Of a DNA stretch of 64,000 nt, positions 9,612-20,178 are shown piece by piece. This DNA is from Pseudomonadota bacterium (GTDB lineage Bacteria > Bdellovibrionota > UBA1018 > CAIMNF01). Position 1 is the stretch's first letter. Each line of letters opens with the position of its first letter. The position numbers were made by a program, and so were the translations under genes. Below the pieces are notes generated by a model. It saw nothing but the letters and a program-made list of their open reading frames with translations, did no database searches and was not told the origin of the DNA. The stretch is taken from positions 229,975 through 293,974 of the forward strand of contig JAIXWV010000020.1 of the NCBI GenBank assembly GCA_027491115.1, in the 5' to 3' direction.

Positions 9612-10787
9612 TTAATCCTCTTTCACCCATTCCTGCAAGACATCCTCGTCAAAAACATGGTGCGTGCAGAGTCGGAACCCGGCGCCCGGCCCAGACTCCA
9701 GCCACTCCCTTTCAGAGAGTCGGTCGAACTTCTGTACCCCGGTGAACACGTGCGCCGCATCAAAAACTCCGCACCCGGCGAGAGTCCGGAGGAGGCGGGC
9801 GCCTCCCTCGACCATCACACTCTGGAGGGGCTTCTGAAACGGAAGGGATTCAAGGGTTGCCCTGAAGACGGCCCCGAGCTCGGGAGAATCCGGATCGGAC
9901 TCCATCCCCACAAAAACCGTTCCGTGTTGCCTGGCCTCGGGGATTCGGTCCCGACAAACCAAGACCTGGAAACCCACCAGCTCAGAGTCGGGAAGCTTCA
10001 ACAACTCGCCTTTCGGATCAAAGACCACGCGCTCGGGTTGCCGCTGCCTCGGAAGAGCGCAATCCCGGACGGTCAGGGCCGGACGGTCGAGCAAAAAGGT
10101 TCGAGCTCCGACCACCAGTGCATCGTACTTCTGCCGGAGCCAATGCGTGTAGGCCCGAGAATGCGCATGGGTGATCCACTTCGAGTTCCCGTCAACGTCT
10201 GCCAAGTGACCCGAAGGCATCCGCGCCCACTTGGCTACCCAGACGGTTTTTTTCAAACCTCGTGTCTTGATGAACGGAAACAGGAGGGCTCGCACCTCGG
10301 CCTCCAGCACTCCGGCATCCACCCGGATGCCCGAAGCCGCGAGCCGACGCAACCCCTCCCCGCTTACTCGAGGATCCGGATCACCTGCTGCGACCACGAC
10401 CCGGGAAATCCCCCTGCCCGGGAACAAGTCCGAACAAGGGGGCTGGAATCCGGTGTGCGAACACGGCTCCAGCGTGACAAAGACTTCGGCTCCCTCGAGA
10501 TTCACGTCCGAAGGCAGGGCACCGAAGGCCATGCGCTCGGCATGGGGATGCTTCCACGCCTGGGTGAACCCACGCGCCAGTTCGCGACCGTTCTTGACGA
10601 TCACGCAGCCCACGCCGGGATTCGGCGACGAGATCCCCACCGAGTTCATCGACTCGATCAAGGCTTGCTCCATCCAGAATTCGTCGGTGCCGGCCGGAAA
10701 GCACGAGTCTACCCGCTCGGACAAGGTCCGGTCGATTCTTCCTGACAGTCCGAATCCGGGGCGCAAAGGCATCCACTGCATTGGCAC
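9612..10787 (-). CDS. ribD: Riboflavin biosynthesis deaminase/reductase (start uncertain)
   Basis: PNPGVGCVIV, HAE, TLEPCSH..PPC, VMVEGGA. Confidence 0.92.
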   Translation of the reverse strand: MPMQWMPLRPGFGLSGRIDRTLSERVDSCFPAGTDEFWMEQALIESMNSVGISSPNPGVGCVIVKNGRELARGFTQAWKHPHAERMAFGALPSDVNLEGAEVFVTLEPCSHTGFQPPCSDLFPGRGISRVVVAAGDPDPRVSGEGLRRLAASGIRVDAGVLEAEVRALLFPFIKTRGLKKTVWVAKWARMPSGHLADVDGNSKWITHAHSRAYTHWLRQKYDALVVGARTFLLDRPALTVRDCALPRQRQPERVVFDPKGELLKLPDSELVGFQVLVCRDRIPEARQHGTVFVGMESDPDSPELGAVFRATLESLPFQKPLQSVMVEGGARLLRTLAGCGVFDAAHVFTGVQKFDRLSEREWLESGPGAGFRLCTHHVFDEDVLQEWVKED

Positions 10788-10834
10788 AAGAATCGCAACC
10801 TCATCAGGTCAACACAACCTAAAAAGGAGGAATC

Positions 10835-11215
10835 ATGAGAGACATCAATCGAGTCATGTTACTGGGAAGGATCGGCAATGATCCAGTGGTGAGACAAACC
10901 AAGACCGGCATTCCCGTGGCCAATTTCAGCCTGGCGACCGAGTTCTGGAACCGAACCAAAAATGAGGGGGAAACCACCTGGCACCGGATTGTGGCTTGGG
11001 GCCGTCCAGCCGAATTGGCTGAACAAGAACTCAAAAAAGGAATGCCCTTGTTGGTCGAGGGAGGCATCCGGGTCAGGAAATACGAAGACGAAGAAGGTGA
11101 AGTCCATTACCTGCACGAAGTCCATGCGGAACAGCTTCACTTTTTGCACTCGAAACCGAAACTTGAAGCCACCGGCGACACACCTCCGGTTGAAGAAGGC
11201 GCTTCAGCGAGCTAA
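10835..11215 (+). CDS. ssb: Single-stranded DNA-binding protein (short, no DDIPF tail)
   Basis: INRVMLLGRIGNDP, FSLAT, TTWHRIVAWG, KG..LVEG; AGGAGG RBS. Confidence 0.9.
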   Translation: MRDINRVMLLGRIGNDPVVRQTKTGIPVANFSLATEFWNRTKNEGETTWHRIVAWGRPAELAEQELKKGMPLLVEGGIRVRKYEDEEGEVHYLHEVHAEQLHFLHSKPKLEATGDTPPVEEGASAS

Positions 11216-11614
11216 ACGAACCAAGTCACCGATCATCACCGTCTGGGGCAGGAGCGAAACCTCCTGCTCCAGCGAAACAAAGCGATCCACCCGGGCGATG
11301 GCCGTCTTCTCGTCTGCATGGATGACCTTGATCCGACCGACCGGAATCACGTGTTCTCCACCGACCTTTTCAGAGAGGATATCAAAGCTGACAATCTTCC
11401 GGTAAACATCGAGTACCGAGCCTTTTTTCACGCCCTGGTTGCTTCCCATGTTCACAAAAATCTCTTTGGGCGGGGGGCGGTCCGATTCTCCGAGGTCCAC
11501 GGCACGGAAGACCTCATAGACACTGTAATCTGCGGCTAAGGCACGCAGGGGCATGACCATCTCCAGGATGCATGCGAATCCAATCAGGGCGGCAATTCCA
11601 AATTTGCTCTTCAT
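11204..11614 (-). CDS. Secreted protein with FlgT C-terminal-like beta domain
   Basis: Signal peptide; IFVNMGSNQGVKKGSVLDVYR..VGRIKVIHADEKTAIARV..IGDLVR; GGAGAGGA RBS before ATG 11614. Confidence 0.6.
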   Translation of the reverse strand: MKSKFGIAALIGFACILEMVMPLRALAADYSVYEVFRAVDLGESDRPPPKEIFVNMGSNQGVKKGSVLDVYRKIVSFDILSEKVGGEHVIPVGRIKVIHADEKTAIARVDRFVSLEQEVSLLPQTVMIGDLVRLAR

Positions 11615-11686
11615 GTTTCCTCTCCATGAGGCGTAACGATTTCTGCCGCATCCCTGGCAACACTTCGGGCGTCCTTGCCCATTCAC

Positions 11687-11714
11687 TCATCGGGTCCGGA
11701 AGGACACGGCTTGA
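11687..11714 (-). promoter_or_regulatory. Candidate sigma-28 (FliA) promoter
   Basis: Minus strand TCAA-N16-CCCGATGA resembles TAAA-N15/16-GCCGATAA. Confidence 0.35.
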
Positions 11715-11746
11715 GTGTTTAAATCGTTCTCAAGGAAGAAACTGCG

Positions 11747-14413
11747 TCAACTTTTTGACAGCTTCTGAAGAACCAGCTCGCGCGCCGCGGCAATCGCCTG
11801 ATCAAGCTTCGAGGCATCCGCTCCACCGGCCTGTGCAAAATCGGGCTTCCCGCCACCCTTGCCACCGAAAACACCGGCTGAGTTCTTGATGATCTCGCCC
11901 GCATTCACTCCGAGCACCTTGGCACCGACCGCAACCACCAGGAAGGGCTTCTCGCCTGATTCACCGATTTCGCGGATCCCGAGCAAGGTCACCGAGGCCG
12001 GATCCTTCTGCTTGATCCGGTCTGCCATCTCGCGGAGCTTCTTCATGCCTTCTCCCGACGGGGCGGCCTGACCGGCCACCACTCGAACCCCCGAGTGGGT
12101 GCTCGCAGATTGAAGCAGGGTCTCGATCTCCACCCCTTGCTGGGCGGCTTCGAGTTTCTCGATGTGCTTCTTGAGTTCGCGGGTTTCGTCAAACAGTCGT
12201 TCGACCTTGGTCGGAATCTCATCCACATGGGAGGCCTTCAGTTGATCCCGGAGGGACTTGAGCTTTCCGTCTTGTTCGCGCAAGAACTGGAAAGCGCCCT
12301 TCGAGGTGTAGGCGATGATCCGCCTGACCCCGGCTGCAATACCGGCTTCAGACGCGATTTTGAAAAGGTGAATATCCGAGCTCTGATCGACATGGGTGCC
12401 GCCACAAAGCTCTGTCGAGTAATCCCCGACCTGCACGACCCGAACCTGGTCTCCATATTTTTCGCCGAAGAACGCGATGGCTCCGGAGGCGATCGCCTCA
12501 TCCTTGCTCATGACCTGTTTCTTGACCCGATCTGCACTCCAGACCTTGGCATTGATCAGATCTTCTACCCGGGCGAGCTCGTCTGGCCTCATCGCCTCGA
12601 AGTGAGAGAAATCAAATCTCAGAAGTTCAGGCGTCACAAGTGAACCCGCTTGCTTGACGTGGTTTCCAAGCACCGAGCGGAGGGCCCACTGGAGCATGTG
12701 AGTCGCCGTGTGGTTGCGTGCGGTGAGGGCACGGATCTCGTCGCTCACCTTTTGAACCGCACGATCGCCCACTTTCAGAATTCCTTTTTGCACCTTCAGG
12801 TGCGCCACGATCAACTCCGGCACCGGGCGCTTCACGTCGACCACTTCAGCCGAGAATTCTCCGGCGGTCACCGTTCCGCGATCGCCCACCTGGCCCCCGG
12901 ATTCGCCGTAGAACGGGGTCTTCGAGAACACCGCCAGCAGCAGATCCGAACCGTCTTCGCCTTTGGCCGGCATGACGGCCAGGGTCTCGCCCTCGGCCTG
13001 AAGCTGCTCGTAACCCACGAACTCGGGGAGCTTGCCGGATTTCTTGAGCGTGTCGACGAGGGTGAACCATTCGGCCTCGAGGACCTGGTCTCCGGTACCC
13101 TTCCAATGTTTGCGCGACTCTTCGCGCTGCTTTTCCATGGCAGTCTCGAAGCCATTTTCGTCCACCGTGATGCTGCGCTCGTCACAGATGGTGCGAGTCA
13201 GATCGAGAGGAAATCCGTAGGTGTCATAGAGCGTGAAGGCGACCGCACCCGGAAGTGTTTTACTCGAGCCGAGTTTTTTCAGCTCTTCGTCGAGGAGGCC
13301 CAGACCCCGGTCAAGCGTCTTGAAGAACTGCTCTTCTTCGGCGAGCACGGCACGCTCGATGAAGGTGCGCTTCTCGATCAGATCGGGATAGGCGTCTTTC
13401 ATCTGTTCGATCACAAATCCGCAAGCCTTGTGGAGGAACGGCCCTTCGAATCCGAGCTTGCGACCGTGACGGATCGCCCGCCGCATGATCCGGCGGAGCA
13501 CATACCCGCGACCTTCGTTCGAAGGCATGACGCCGTCTCCGATCAAGAAGGTCGTGGCGCGAGCATGGTCGGCCACCACACGAAAGGAGAACACGCTTTC
13601 GTCTTTCGATTTCGGATCGTATTTCTTGCCGGCGAGCTTGGAGGTTTTGGCAATGATGTCGACAAAAATGTCGGTGTCGTAGTTGGTCTCGACATCCTGG
13701 AGGATCGACGCCAGGCGCTCGAGTCCCGCGCCCGTGTCGACTGAGGGCTTCGGAAGCGGATTCAGTTTGCCGGTTGCATCGCGGTCGTACTGCATGAACA
13801 CGAGGTTCCAGAACTCCATATAGCGGTCGCAATCACAACCCATCTTGCAGGTGGGTTTACCGCAGCCGTATTTCTCACCCCGGTCGATGAAGAGCTCGGT
13901 GCAGGGGCCGCAAGGGCCGGTGTCGCCCATCGACCAGAAGTTGTCTTTTTCGCCGAAACGGTAAATGCGATCGAGCGGCACACCTTCTTGTTTGTGCCAG
14001 ATTTCGGCTGCCTCGTCGTCGGTCTCGAACACGGTCACGTAGAGCTTGTCTTTCGGGAGCTTGAGCTCCTTCGTGACCAACTCCCAGGCGAAGTGGATCG
14101 CGTCTTTTTTGAAGTAATCTCCGAACGAGAAATTCCCAAGCATCTCGAAGAAGGTGTGGTGGCGCGCGGTGAAGCCGACATTTTCGAGGTCGTTGTGCTT
14201 GCCGCCGGCCCGAACACATTTTTGGGAGGTTGAGGCGCGGGTGTAGGAACGCGGGTCCTTCCCGAGAAATACGTCCTTGAACTGGACCATGCCGGCCGTG
14301 GTGAACATGAGGGTCGGGTCGTTCGATGGAACCAGAGATGAACTCTCGAGGACCGTGTGGCCGTTTTTCTTGAAATAATCGAGGAAGATCTTACGAATCT
14401 GTGCGCCTGTCAT
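11747..14413 (-). CDS. alaS: Alanine--tRNA ligase
   Basis: DPTLMFTTAGMVQFK, HHTFFEMLGNFSFGDYFK, HTATH, ELCGGTHV, GGKGGGKPDFAQAGG. Confidence 0.98.
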   Translation of the reverse strand: MTGAQIRKIFLDYFKKNGHTVLESSSLVPSNDPTLMFTTAGMVQFKDVFLGKDPRSYTRASTSQKCVRAGGKHNDLENVGFTARHHTFFEMLGNFSFGDYFKKDAIHFAWELVTKELKLPKDKLYVTVFETDDEAAEIWHKQEGVPLDRIYRFGEKDNFWSMGDTGPCGPCTELFIDRGEKYGCGKPTCKMGCDCDRYMEFWNLVFMQYDRDATGKLNPLPKPSVDTGAGLERLASILQDVETNYDTDIFVDIIAKTSKLAGKKYDPKSKDESVFSFRVVADHARATTFLIGDGVMPSNEGRGYVLRRIMRRAIRHGRKLGFEGPFLHKACGFVIEQMKDAYPDLIEKRTFIERAVLAEEEQFFKTLDRGLGLLDEELKKLGSSKTLPGAVAFTLYDTYGFPLDLTRTICDERSITVDENGFETAMEKQREESRKHWKGTGDQVLEAEWFTLVDTLKKSGKLPEFVGYEQLQAEGETLAVMPAKGEDGSDLLLAVFSKTPFYGESGGQVGDRGTVTAGEFSAEVVDVKRPVPELIVAHLKVQKGILKVGDRAVQKVSDEIRALTARNHTATHMLQWALRSVLGNHVKQAGSLVTPELLRFDFSHFEAMRPDELARVEDLINAKVWSADRVKKQVMSKDEAIASGAIAFFGEKYGDQVRVVQVGDYSTELCGGTHVDQSSDIHLFKIASEAGIAAGVRRIIAYTSKGAFQFLREQDGKLKSLRDQLKASHVDEIPTKVERLFDETRELKKHIEKLEAAQQGVEIETLLQSASTHSGVRVVAGQAAPSGEGMKKLREMADRIKQKDPASVTLLGIREIGESGEKPFLVVAVGAKVLGVNAGEIIKNSAGVFGGKGGGKPDFAQAGGADASKLDQAIAAARELVLQKLSKS

Positions 14414-14455
14414 AGGCCTTAGACGCTACCGAAGTCAGGCCCTGAGTGGCAAGAC

Positions 14456-15178
14456 TCAACGCACCCTGCCAATCAAAAGATTGAGCACCCGTCCGGTCTT
14501 GTTCTCCTGGAGCTCGGGCCGGATCCGGATTCCCTTGGCGGCGATGAACCGCTGAAGCGCGGCCAGGGTAGCCTCCGCGCGCGCTGTTTCCACACGTGCC
14601 GACACCTCGAGGGTCATGCAGGCTCCGCCCGTTTCGCGGGTCCGAGACCAGCGCTCGAGAGAAATCTTCTTGCCCTCTTGCTCCCACTTCCAGCGCTCGC
14701 TCTCGATCTCTACCCGATTCCGGGCATCCGGCTTCTCCGGAGTCAATCTCGCCAACCAAGCGAGCTGCTCACGAGTGAATTGTCGGCCCTCCACCTTGAA
14801 AGACCAGGTGGTGACCCGGGACTTGAGAGTCCAATCGCCTTCACTCTCGATTCCGGGACCCGCAGGAGGATTCTCCGCGGTGGGCGTGCGTGGGCGGAAT
14901 TTCACGGTCACATCGTTGTGGTCTCCGGTCCGCTTGCGAAGGATGACTCCTGCCTTCAAAAAAGGCAGACCGCGCTTTTCAAAAAAAGTGAGGTGGTCGG
15001 TTTTCGGTTCCTTCACGACTTGGAGCCGCTCGAAGTCCGAGCAGTCGAGCCCGATCTTGACCTCGGTTTCTGCAGGTGCAGCATCGGCACTGGCGGCCGC
15101 CATCCATAAAGCAAGACTCAACCCCAGAAGACCCATCCCTCGATTGTAGCCCAGGATTGCCTGCTTGCCCACCCCCAC
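14456..15178 (-). CDS. CYTH-like domain protein with signal peptide (start probably MGLLG, downstream)
   Basis: ETEVK (ExExK), ILRKR, VTVKFR, LEVS motifs of the triphosphate tunnel fold. Confidence 0.55.
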   Translation of the reverse strand: MGVGKQAILGYNRGMGLLGLSLALWMAAASADAAPAETEVKIGLDCSDFERLQVVKEPKTDHLTFFEKRGLPFLKAGVILRKRTGDHNDVTVKFRPRTPTAENPPAGPGIESEGDWTLKSRVTTWSFKVEGRQFTREQLAWLARLTPEKPDARNRVEIESERWKWEQEGKKISLERWSRTRETGGACMTLEVSARVETARAEATLAALQRFIAAKGIRIRPELQENKTGRVLNLLIGRVR

Positions 15179-15202
15179 ACCCTCGGCTAAACTGGGTTCA
15201 CT

Positions 15203-15670
15203 ATGAGCGCACTACCCACTCCGGCATTGTTGATTTACTTCAAGGATTACGAACAGTACCACCGTACGAAGGGTAACAAAATGACCCACATCCTCGGCAT
15301 CCCGGGCGTGCTGTTCAGTTTGCTCGGGCTCCTCGCCCAGGTGGTACTCTGGTCACCGGCCGAGGGATCCTTTTGGACTCTCGATCTGGGCGTGATCCTC
15401 CTTTTGGCCGGGGCCTTGTTCTCACTGAAAGTGGATTGGAAGCTCGGCATCCCGTTCACGCTTTTTGCGGTGATCAATTATTTCCTCGCCCGACTCCTTC
15501 CGATGCCGGCCCTGGTGGTCATTCAAATCCTGTCCTGGGTGCTCCAGCTGGTCGGGCATTATTTTTATGAAAAAAAGTCTCCTGCGTTTTTGACCTCGCT
15601 CGAACACCTGTTCATCGGACCCATGTGGATTTTTTCGTTTTTCATCGGTTACTACAAGCCGAGCACCTGA
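15203..15670 (+). CDS. Mpo1-like (DUF962) membrane protein
   Basis: Y..YH...N...H.LGIP, W.LQLVGH..YEKKSPAF..L.IGP. Confidence 0.85.
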   Translation: MSALPTPALLIYFKDYEQYHRTKGNKMTHILGIPGVLFSLLGLLAQVVLWSPAEGSFWTLDLGVILLLAGALFSLKVDWKLGIPFTLFAVINYFLARLLPMPALVVIQILSWVLQLVGHYFYEKKSPAFLTSLEHLFIGPMWIFSFFIGYYKPST

Positions 15671-16603
15671 ATGAAGCGCCTGTGGCCGCTCTTGCTCCTG
15701 CTCCCGGCTTGTGACTTTCATTGCAGTCCGGCGGCGGGCCCACTGCCCACGTTCGATGGTGATCACGCGCATGAGCTGATTCTCCAGTACGAGAAACTCG
15801 GTCCGAAACCCGCCGGGAGTGACGCCCTCGCACGGACCACAGGTTGGATCCGACAAGAGCTCGAATCCTCGGGAGCGAAAGTCCTCGTTCAGGAAGTGAA
15901 AGTGAAGCCTCCGGTGGGTCCTGAAGTCACCGCCCGCAATGTGATCGGGCAGTTCGACCCCGAAAAAAAGGAGCGCGTGCTGCTCTCCGCTCACTACGAC
16001 ACCCGCCCCTTCGCAGACGAGGAGTCCGACCCGAAGAAGCAAAAGCAGGCCGTCCCCGGTGTGAACGACGGAGGCAGTGGCACGGCTCTTCTTCTTGAGT
16101 TGGCTCGCGCACTCAAGACCTCGCGCCCGAAAGTGGGAGTGGATCTGCTTTTTTTGGACGCCGAGGATGCCGGATTGCCCCACGAAGCCAACAGCTACTG
16201 TTTGGGTACACAAGCCTGGGCCAAGAACCCGGTACCTGCAGGTTATCGAGCCCGATTTGGAATCAATTTTGACATGGTCGGTCGAATCGGGGCGGTTTTC
16301 CCGGTCGAAGGGCACTCCGGCACCCGGGCCGCCTCCGTGGTGGCAAAGGTCCACGCAGCGGCCAGAGACCTCGGACTTTCGGATTATTTTCCTGCTCAAC
16401 GTGCCGGATTCGTGATCGATGATCACGTGTACCTGATGGACGGACTCGGCATCCCGGTCATGGACATCATCCACCTTTCTCCTGAGGGCAGATTCCCTCC
16501 CGAGTGGCACACCCTTCGTGACACCTCCGAATTCATTTCCCGCGACACCTTGAAGGCGGTGGGTCAGGTGACGCTCCGGGTTTTGTGGTCTGAGGAGTTT
16601 TGA
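15671..16603 (+). CDS. M28-family Zn peptidase / glutaminyl cyclase-like lipoprotein
   Basis: Lipobox [36 protein letters not shown]. Confidence 0.85.
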   Translation: MKRLWPLLLLLPACDFHCSPAAGPLPTFDGDHAHELILQYEKLGPKPAGSDALARTTGWIRQELESSGAKVLVQEVKVKPPVGPEVTARNVIGQFDPEKKERVLLSAHYDTRPFADEESDPKKQKQAVPGVNDGGSGTALLLELARALKTSRPKVGVDLLFLDAEDAGLPHEANSYCLGTQAWAKNPVPAGYRARFGINFDMVGRIGAVFPVEGHSGTRAASVVAKVHAAARDLGLSDYFPAQRAGFVIDDHVYLMDGLGIPVMDIIHLSPEGRFPPEWHTLRDTSEFISRDTLKAVGQVTLRVLWSEEF

Positions 16604-16635
16604 GGAACCGGCACCCCTGTGCTACCCTGCTCTGC

Positions 16636-17973
16636 ATGACTGATTCTAAGGAACTCACCAGCTTCCAAGACCTCGTTTCTCTTTGCAAACGTCGCGGGTT
16701 CATCTTCCCGTCGTCCGAAATTTATGGGGGCTTGGGCTCCTGCTGGGATTACGGCCCCCTCGGAGTCGAACTGAAGCTCAACATCAAGGAGTCCTGGTGG
16801 CGCGCCATGACCGACCGGGATGATGTCGAAGGTCTCGATGCCTCGATCCTCATGCATCCCCGCACTTGGGAAGCTTCGGGCCATGTCGAAGGATTCGTTG
16901 ATCCTCTCGTCGACTGCAAGACCTGCAAGGGCCGCTTCCGTGCCGACAAGCTCGAGCACGCGAACTGCGGTAAGAAGTCCTCGATGCGTCCGGGCCAGCA
17001 CGGTGAGTGTCAGCTGACCGAGCCGCGCCAGTTCAACCTCATGTTCAAGACCTTCATGGGTCCACTCGAAGACACCGCCAGCGTGGTGTACCTCCGCCCG
17101 GAAACGGCGCAGGGGATTTTCGTGAACTTCGAAAACGTCCAGCAAAGCTCCCGCCAGAAGATCCCGTTCGGGATCGCCCAAATCGGAAAAGCCTTCCGTA
17201 ACGAGATCACTCCCGGGAACTTCATTTTCCGCACGCGCGAGTTCGAACAGATGGAGATGCAGTTCTTCGTGAAGCCCGGAACCGACATGGAGTGGTTCGA
17301 GAATTGGAAGCAGACCCGCATCGACTGGCACCTTTCCAACGGCTTGCGTCGCTCGAAGCTCCGCTTCCACGAGCACGGGCCGAAGGAACTCGCCCACTAT
17401 GCGCGGGCGGCCTTTGATGTCGAGTACGAGTTCCCGATCGGCTGGCAGGAAATCGAGGGCGTTCACAACCGCTCCGATTTCGATCTGCGTCGTCACCAGG
17501 AGTTCTCGGGCAAGAAGTGCGAGTACTTCGAAGAGTCCACCAAAGAGAAGTTCATCCCCTATGTGATCGAGACCTCCGTAGGCTGTGACCGCGCCCTGCT
17601 CGCCACCCTTTGCGACGCTTATCGCGTCGAAGGTGAGCGCACGGTACTGAAGCTGCATCCGAAGCTCGCGCCCTACAAGGTCGCCGTATTCCCTCTCATG
17701 AAGAAGCCAGAGCTCCTCGAGATGACCGACAAGGTCTACGCCGAGATGAAGCGGAACTTCCGCGCCACTTACGACGAGGGCGGAACCATCGGGAAGCGTT
17801 ACCGCCGTCAGGACGAAATCGGAACGCCGTTCTGCGTGACCGTCGACTACGACGGACTCACGGATCAGACCGTGACCGTGCGTGAGCGCGACGGCATGAC
17901 CCAGGAGCGGATCCCGGCCGAGAAGCTGACTGCGTACATCCGTGACAAGATGGGCGCCTGGAAGTCGGAGTGA
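16636..17973 (+). CDS. glyQS: Glycine--tRNA ligase, homodimeric type
   Basis: [61 protein letters not shown]. Confidence 0.97.
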   Translation: MTDSKELTSFQDLVSLCKRRGFIFPSSEIYGGLGSCWDYGPLGVELKLNIKESWWRAMTDRDDVEGLDASILMHPRTWEASGHVEGFVDPLVDCKTCKGRFRADKLEHANCGKKSSMRPGQHGECQLTEPRQFNLMFKTFMGPLEDTASVVYLRPETAQGIFVNFENVQQSSRQKIPFGIAQIGKAFRNEITPGNFIFRTREFEQMEMQFFVKPGTDMEWFENWKQTRIDWHLSNGLRRSKLRFHEHGPKELAHYARAAFDVEYEFPIGWQEIEGVHNRSDFDLRRHQEFSGKKCEYFEESTKEKFIPYVIETSVGCDRALLATLCDAYRVEGERTVLKLHPKLAPYKVAVFPLMKKPELLEMTDKVYAEMKRNFRATYDEGGTIGKRYRRQDEIGTPFCVTVDYDGLTDQTVTVRERDGMTQERIPAEKLTAYIRDKMGAWKSE

Positions 17974-17977
17974 TCAG

Positions 17978-17997
17978 GGGCTCTTTTTCAGGAGCCC
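17978..17997. terminator. Possible terminator hairpin between convergent genes
   Basis: GGGCTCTT-TTTC-AGGAGCCC directly after the glyQS stop; no clear U tract. Confidence 0.35.
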
Positions 17998-18002
17998 GAA
18001 AT

Positions 18003-19157
18003 TCAGCTGCTCACCCGGCGCCGCAAGGTCCTTTGGTAAATCTCGAGCAAGCGTCCGGTGCGATGACCCCGGTCGAAATTCTCACGGGCATATTGCACGG
18101 AACGCTGGCCCATTTTTTTCAGCTGCTCGGGATCTTCGAGGAGAATACGGAGTTTCCTTTGCAGATCGAAGGAATCGCCCGATCTCATGAGCAATCCGCT
18201 CTGGGAGTTTCCGGTCCACTCCATCGAATCAGGGCCGGCCGCACAGATGATCGGAGTTCCCATGGCCAGGGCCTCGATCGCCTGAAGTCCGAACATCGCC
18301 TTACTGGAGGGCAGGACATACACATCGAGCGATCCGAGAACCTTCGGAATGGACTCTTCGGCCGGTGCGAGGATGATCGACTCTTGCAAGTGAAATTGCC
18401 GAATGAGGTCGATGAGTTCCTCGTTTCCGTCGTGTTCGAATCCGACGATCACAAACTTGGTCCGCGCGGCCAGATCTTCATTCCGTAGAAAGGACGCGGC
18501 CGCCTTGATGAACGCGGCCTGCGCTTTCTTGTACTCACGGGAGGCGATCATTCCCACGACGTAATGAGACGATTCGATTCCCCATTTGCTCCGGAGGATC
18601 TTGAAGTCAAAATGATCGGGATTGAAGATATTGAAATCGAGTCCCGGGTGCACCACGCGAATCTTGCTAGCCAGAATAGGTCGCATCAGGGCCACGCGCT
18701 TTCTCAGGGTCGAGGTCGGGACCAACAATGCATCTATACGCGAGTAAAACAGGGACTGGAAAAAGTGGCGCAAGCGTTTCTGCACATTCGGTCCCTCACT
18801 AACAATGAGAGGCACGTCCGAAAACTTCAGCATCCAAGGCAGGATCGATCCCAAGTGATCGGTGTCGCAGCAATGAACGATCTTCACTTTGAACCGACCG
18901 ATCTCCATGTTCAAGAACTCAAGCAGGTTCCAATCAAGATTCTTGCGGGGAACCTGCTTCAAGGTTTCGACCCGGTCCGGGGCCAAAAGTTCGAGACGCC
19001 GATGAATCTCGGAATCCTGGATGCAGATGGCCCGCCAGGGGAGAGCTCGCCCGTGGAGCTCACACAGGTCCTCGAGGGCGAGCTGTTCGTCCTCCCCGAA
19101 TTTCCCGTTCAAAAACAAAAACAGAACCAGAGGGAGTTCAGGATTCAAGGAAGCCAC
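18003..19157 (-). CDS. GT4 family glycosyltransferase (LPS core-related)
   Basis: VVHPGLD, DVYVLPS..FGLQAIEALAMGTPII; overlaps the GT9 gene. Confidence 0.85.
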   Translation of the reverse strand: MASLNPELPLVLFLFLNGKFGEDEQLALEDLCELHGRALPWRAICIQDSEIHRRLELLAPDRVETLKQVPRKNLDWNLLEFLNMEIGRFKVKIVHCCDTDHLGSILPWMLKFSDVPLIVSEGPNVQKRLRHFFQSLFYSRIDALLVPTSTLRKRVALMRPILASKIRVVHPGLDFNIFNPDHFDFKILRSKWGIESSHYVVGMIASREYKKAQAAFIKAAASFLRNEDLAARTKFVIVGFEHDGNEELIDLIRQFHLQESIILAPAEESIPKVLGSLDVYVLPSSKAMFGLQAIEALAMGTPIICAAGPDSMEWTGNSQSGLLMRSGDSFDLQRKLRILLEDPEQLKKMGQRSVQYARENFDRGHRTGRLLEIYQRTLRRRVSS

Positions 19158-20178
19158 TTTCGATCTCCTCCAATACGTGGGCTGGGTGGATTCCCTTCAA
19201 GCAGGCGTTTTTCCGATGATCATCGAATTTACAGAGATTCCGTTCACAAGGCCAGCACTCCACCGGATTCACCTTCACTTGAACGGCGCCAGGTCCGATG
19301 GGCTTGGTTCGACGCGGATCGGCCGCACCACAAACGATCTGCACCCGACTTCCACACAGGGCGGCGACATGAGCCAGACCAGATTCGTTGCACACTGTGA
19401 ATCGAGCTGCACGGAACAGCTTCCAGTGTGCGGCGACCCAGCCTTTTCCGGTATAATCCTCGATTTGAACTCCGCGTCTGAACAAGGCACCCGCAATCGC
19501 TTTCTCGGCAGCACCTCCCACCACCACGGCTTTCAAACCGTGTCGCGCCATGAGGGATTCAATGAGATCGGCGAATTGCTCGGGAGTCCAGCGACGAGAA
19601 TCAGCCGTCGCACCGGGAGCCACAATGAAGTAAGCACCCTCAGGGGGCTCAATGGGTTCGATTTCAGGCCAATGGATGTAGGGATCGAATGACCACTCTC
19701 CACTCCGATGCCAGTACTCCTGACCTTCGAAATCCGGTGTGGGTCCGGGTAAGAGGCCCAGATAAGCTTGAGCCCGGTGTGTGGAGCTATCCTGAGGGAA
19801 TTGGATCCGCTCTTGAAGCAAAAATCCACGTGCATCGGCATCGTAGCCACGCCGAACCCGGACTCCCGCAAATGCCATCATGAGAGCAGCACCGAAGGAA
19901 TTCGGAAGACTGATCCCAAGATCCCAGGGGCCTTTCTTTCTCAAAAAGACCGAAAACGCGATCAGGTTCCAGATCGTTTTGAAAATCGAATCTCCCTTTC
20001 TCCTCGGCAAAACCACTACCTCATCGACGGCACCCTTGAACTGGATGTCCTTCACCCATTCGGTGCAAACGACCGAGATCCAGGCGCCGGGATAACGCGC
20101 CCGGAGCGTGCGGTAAAAGGGATAGGCCATGATCTGATCGCCGATCCAATTCGGCGCCCGAACCAGAATGCGCTTCAT
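19138..20178 (-). CDS. waaF: GT9 LPS heptosyltransferase II-like
   Basis: ILVRAPNWIGD, APGA...RRW, NESGLAHVAA, C-terminal CWPC..C..C. Confidence 0.8.
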   Translation of the reverse strand: MKRILVRAPNWIGDQIMAYPFYRTLRARYPGAWISVVCTEWVKDIQFKGAVDEVVVLPRRKGDSIFKTIWNLIAFSVFLRKKGPWDLGISLPNSFGAALMMAFAGVRVRRGYDADARGFLLQERIQFPQDSSTHRAQAYLGLLPGPTPDFEGQEYWHRSGEWSFDPYIHWPEIEPIEPPEGAYFIVAPGATADSRRWTPEQFADLIESLMARHGLKAVVVGGAAEKAIAGALFRRGVQIEDYTGKGWVAAHWKLFRAARFTVCNESGLAHVAALCGSRVQIVCGAADPRRTKPIGPGAVQVKVNPVECWPCERNLCKFDDHRKNACLKGIHPAHVLEEIESGFLES

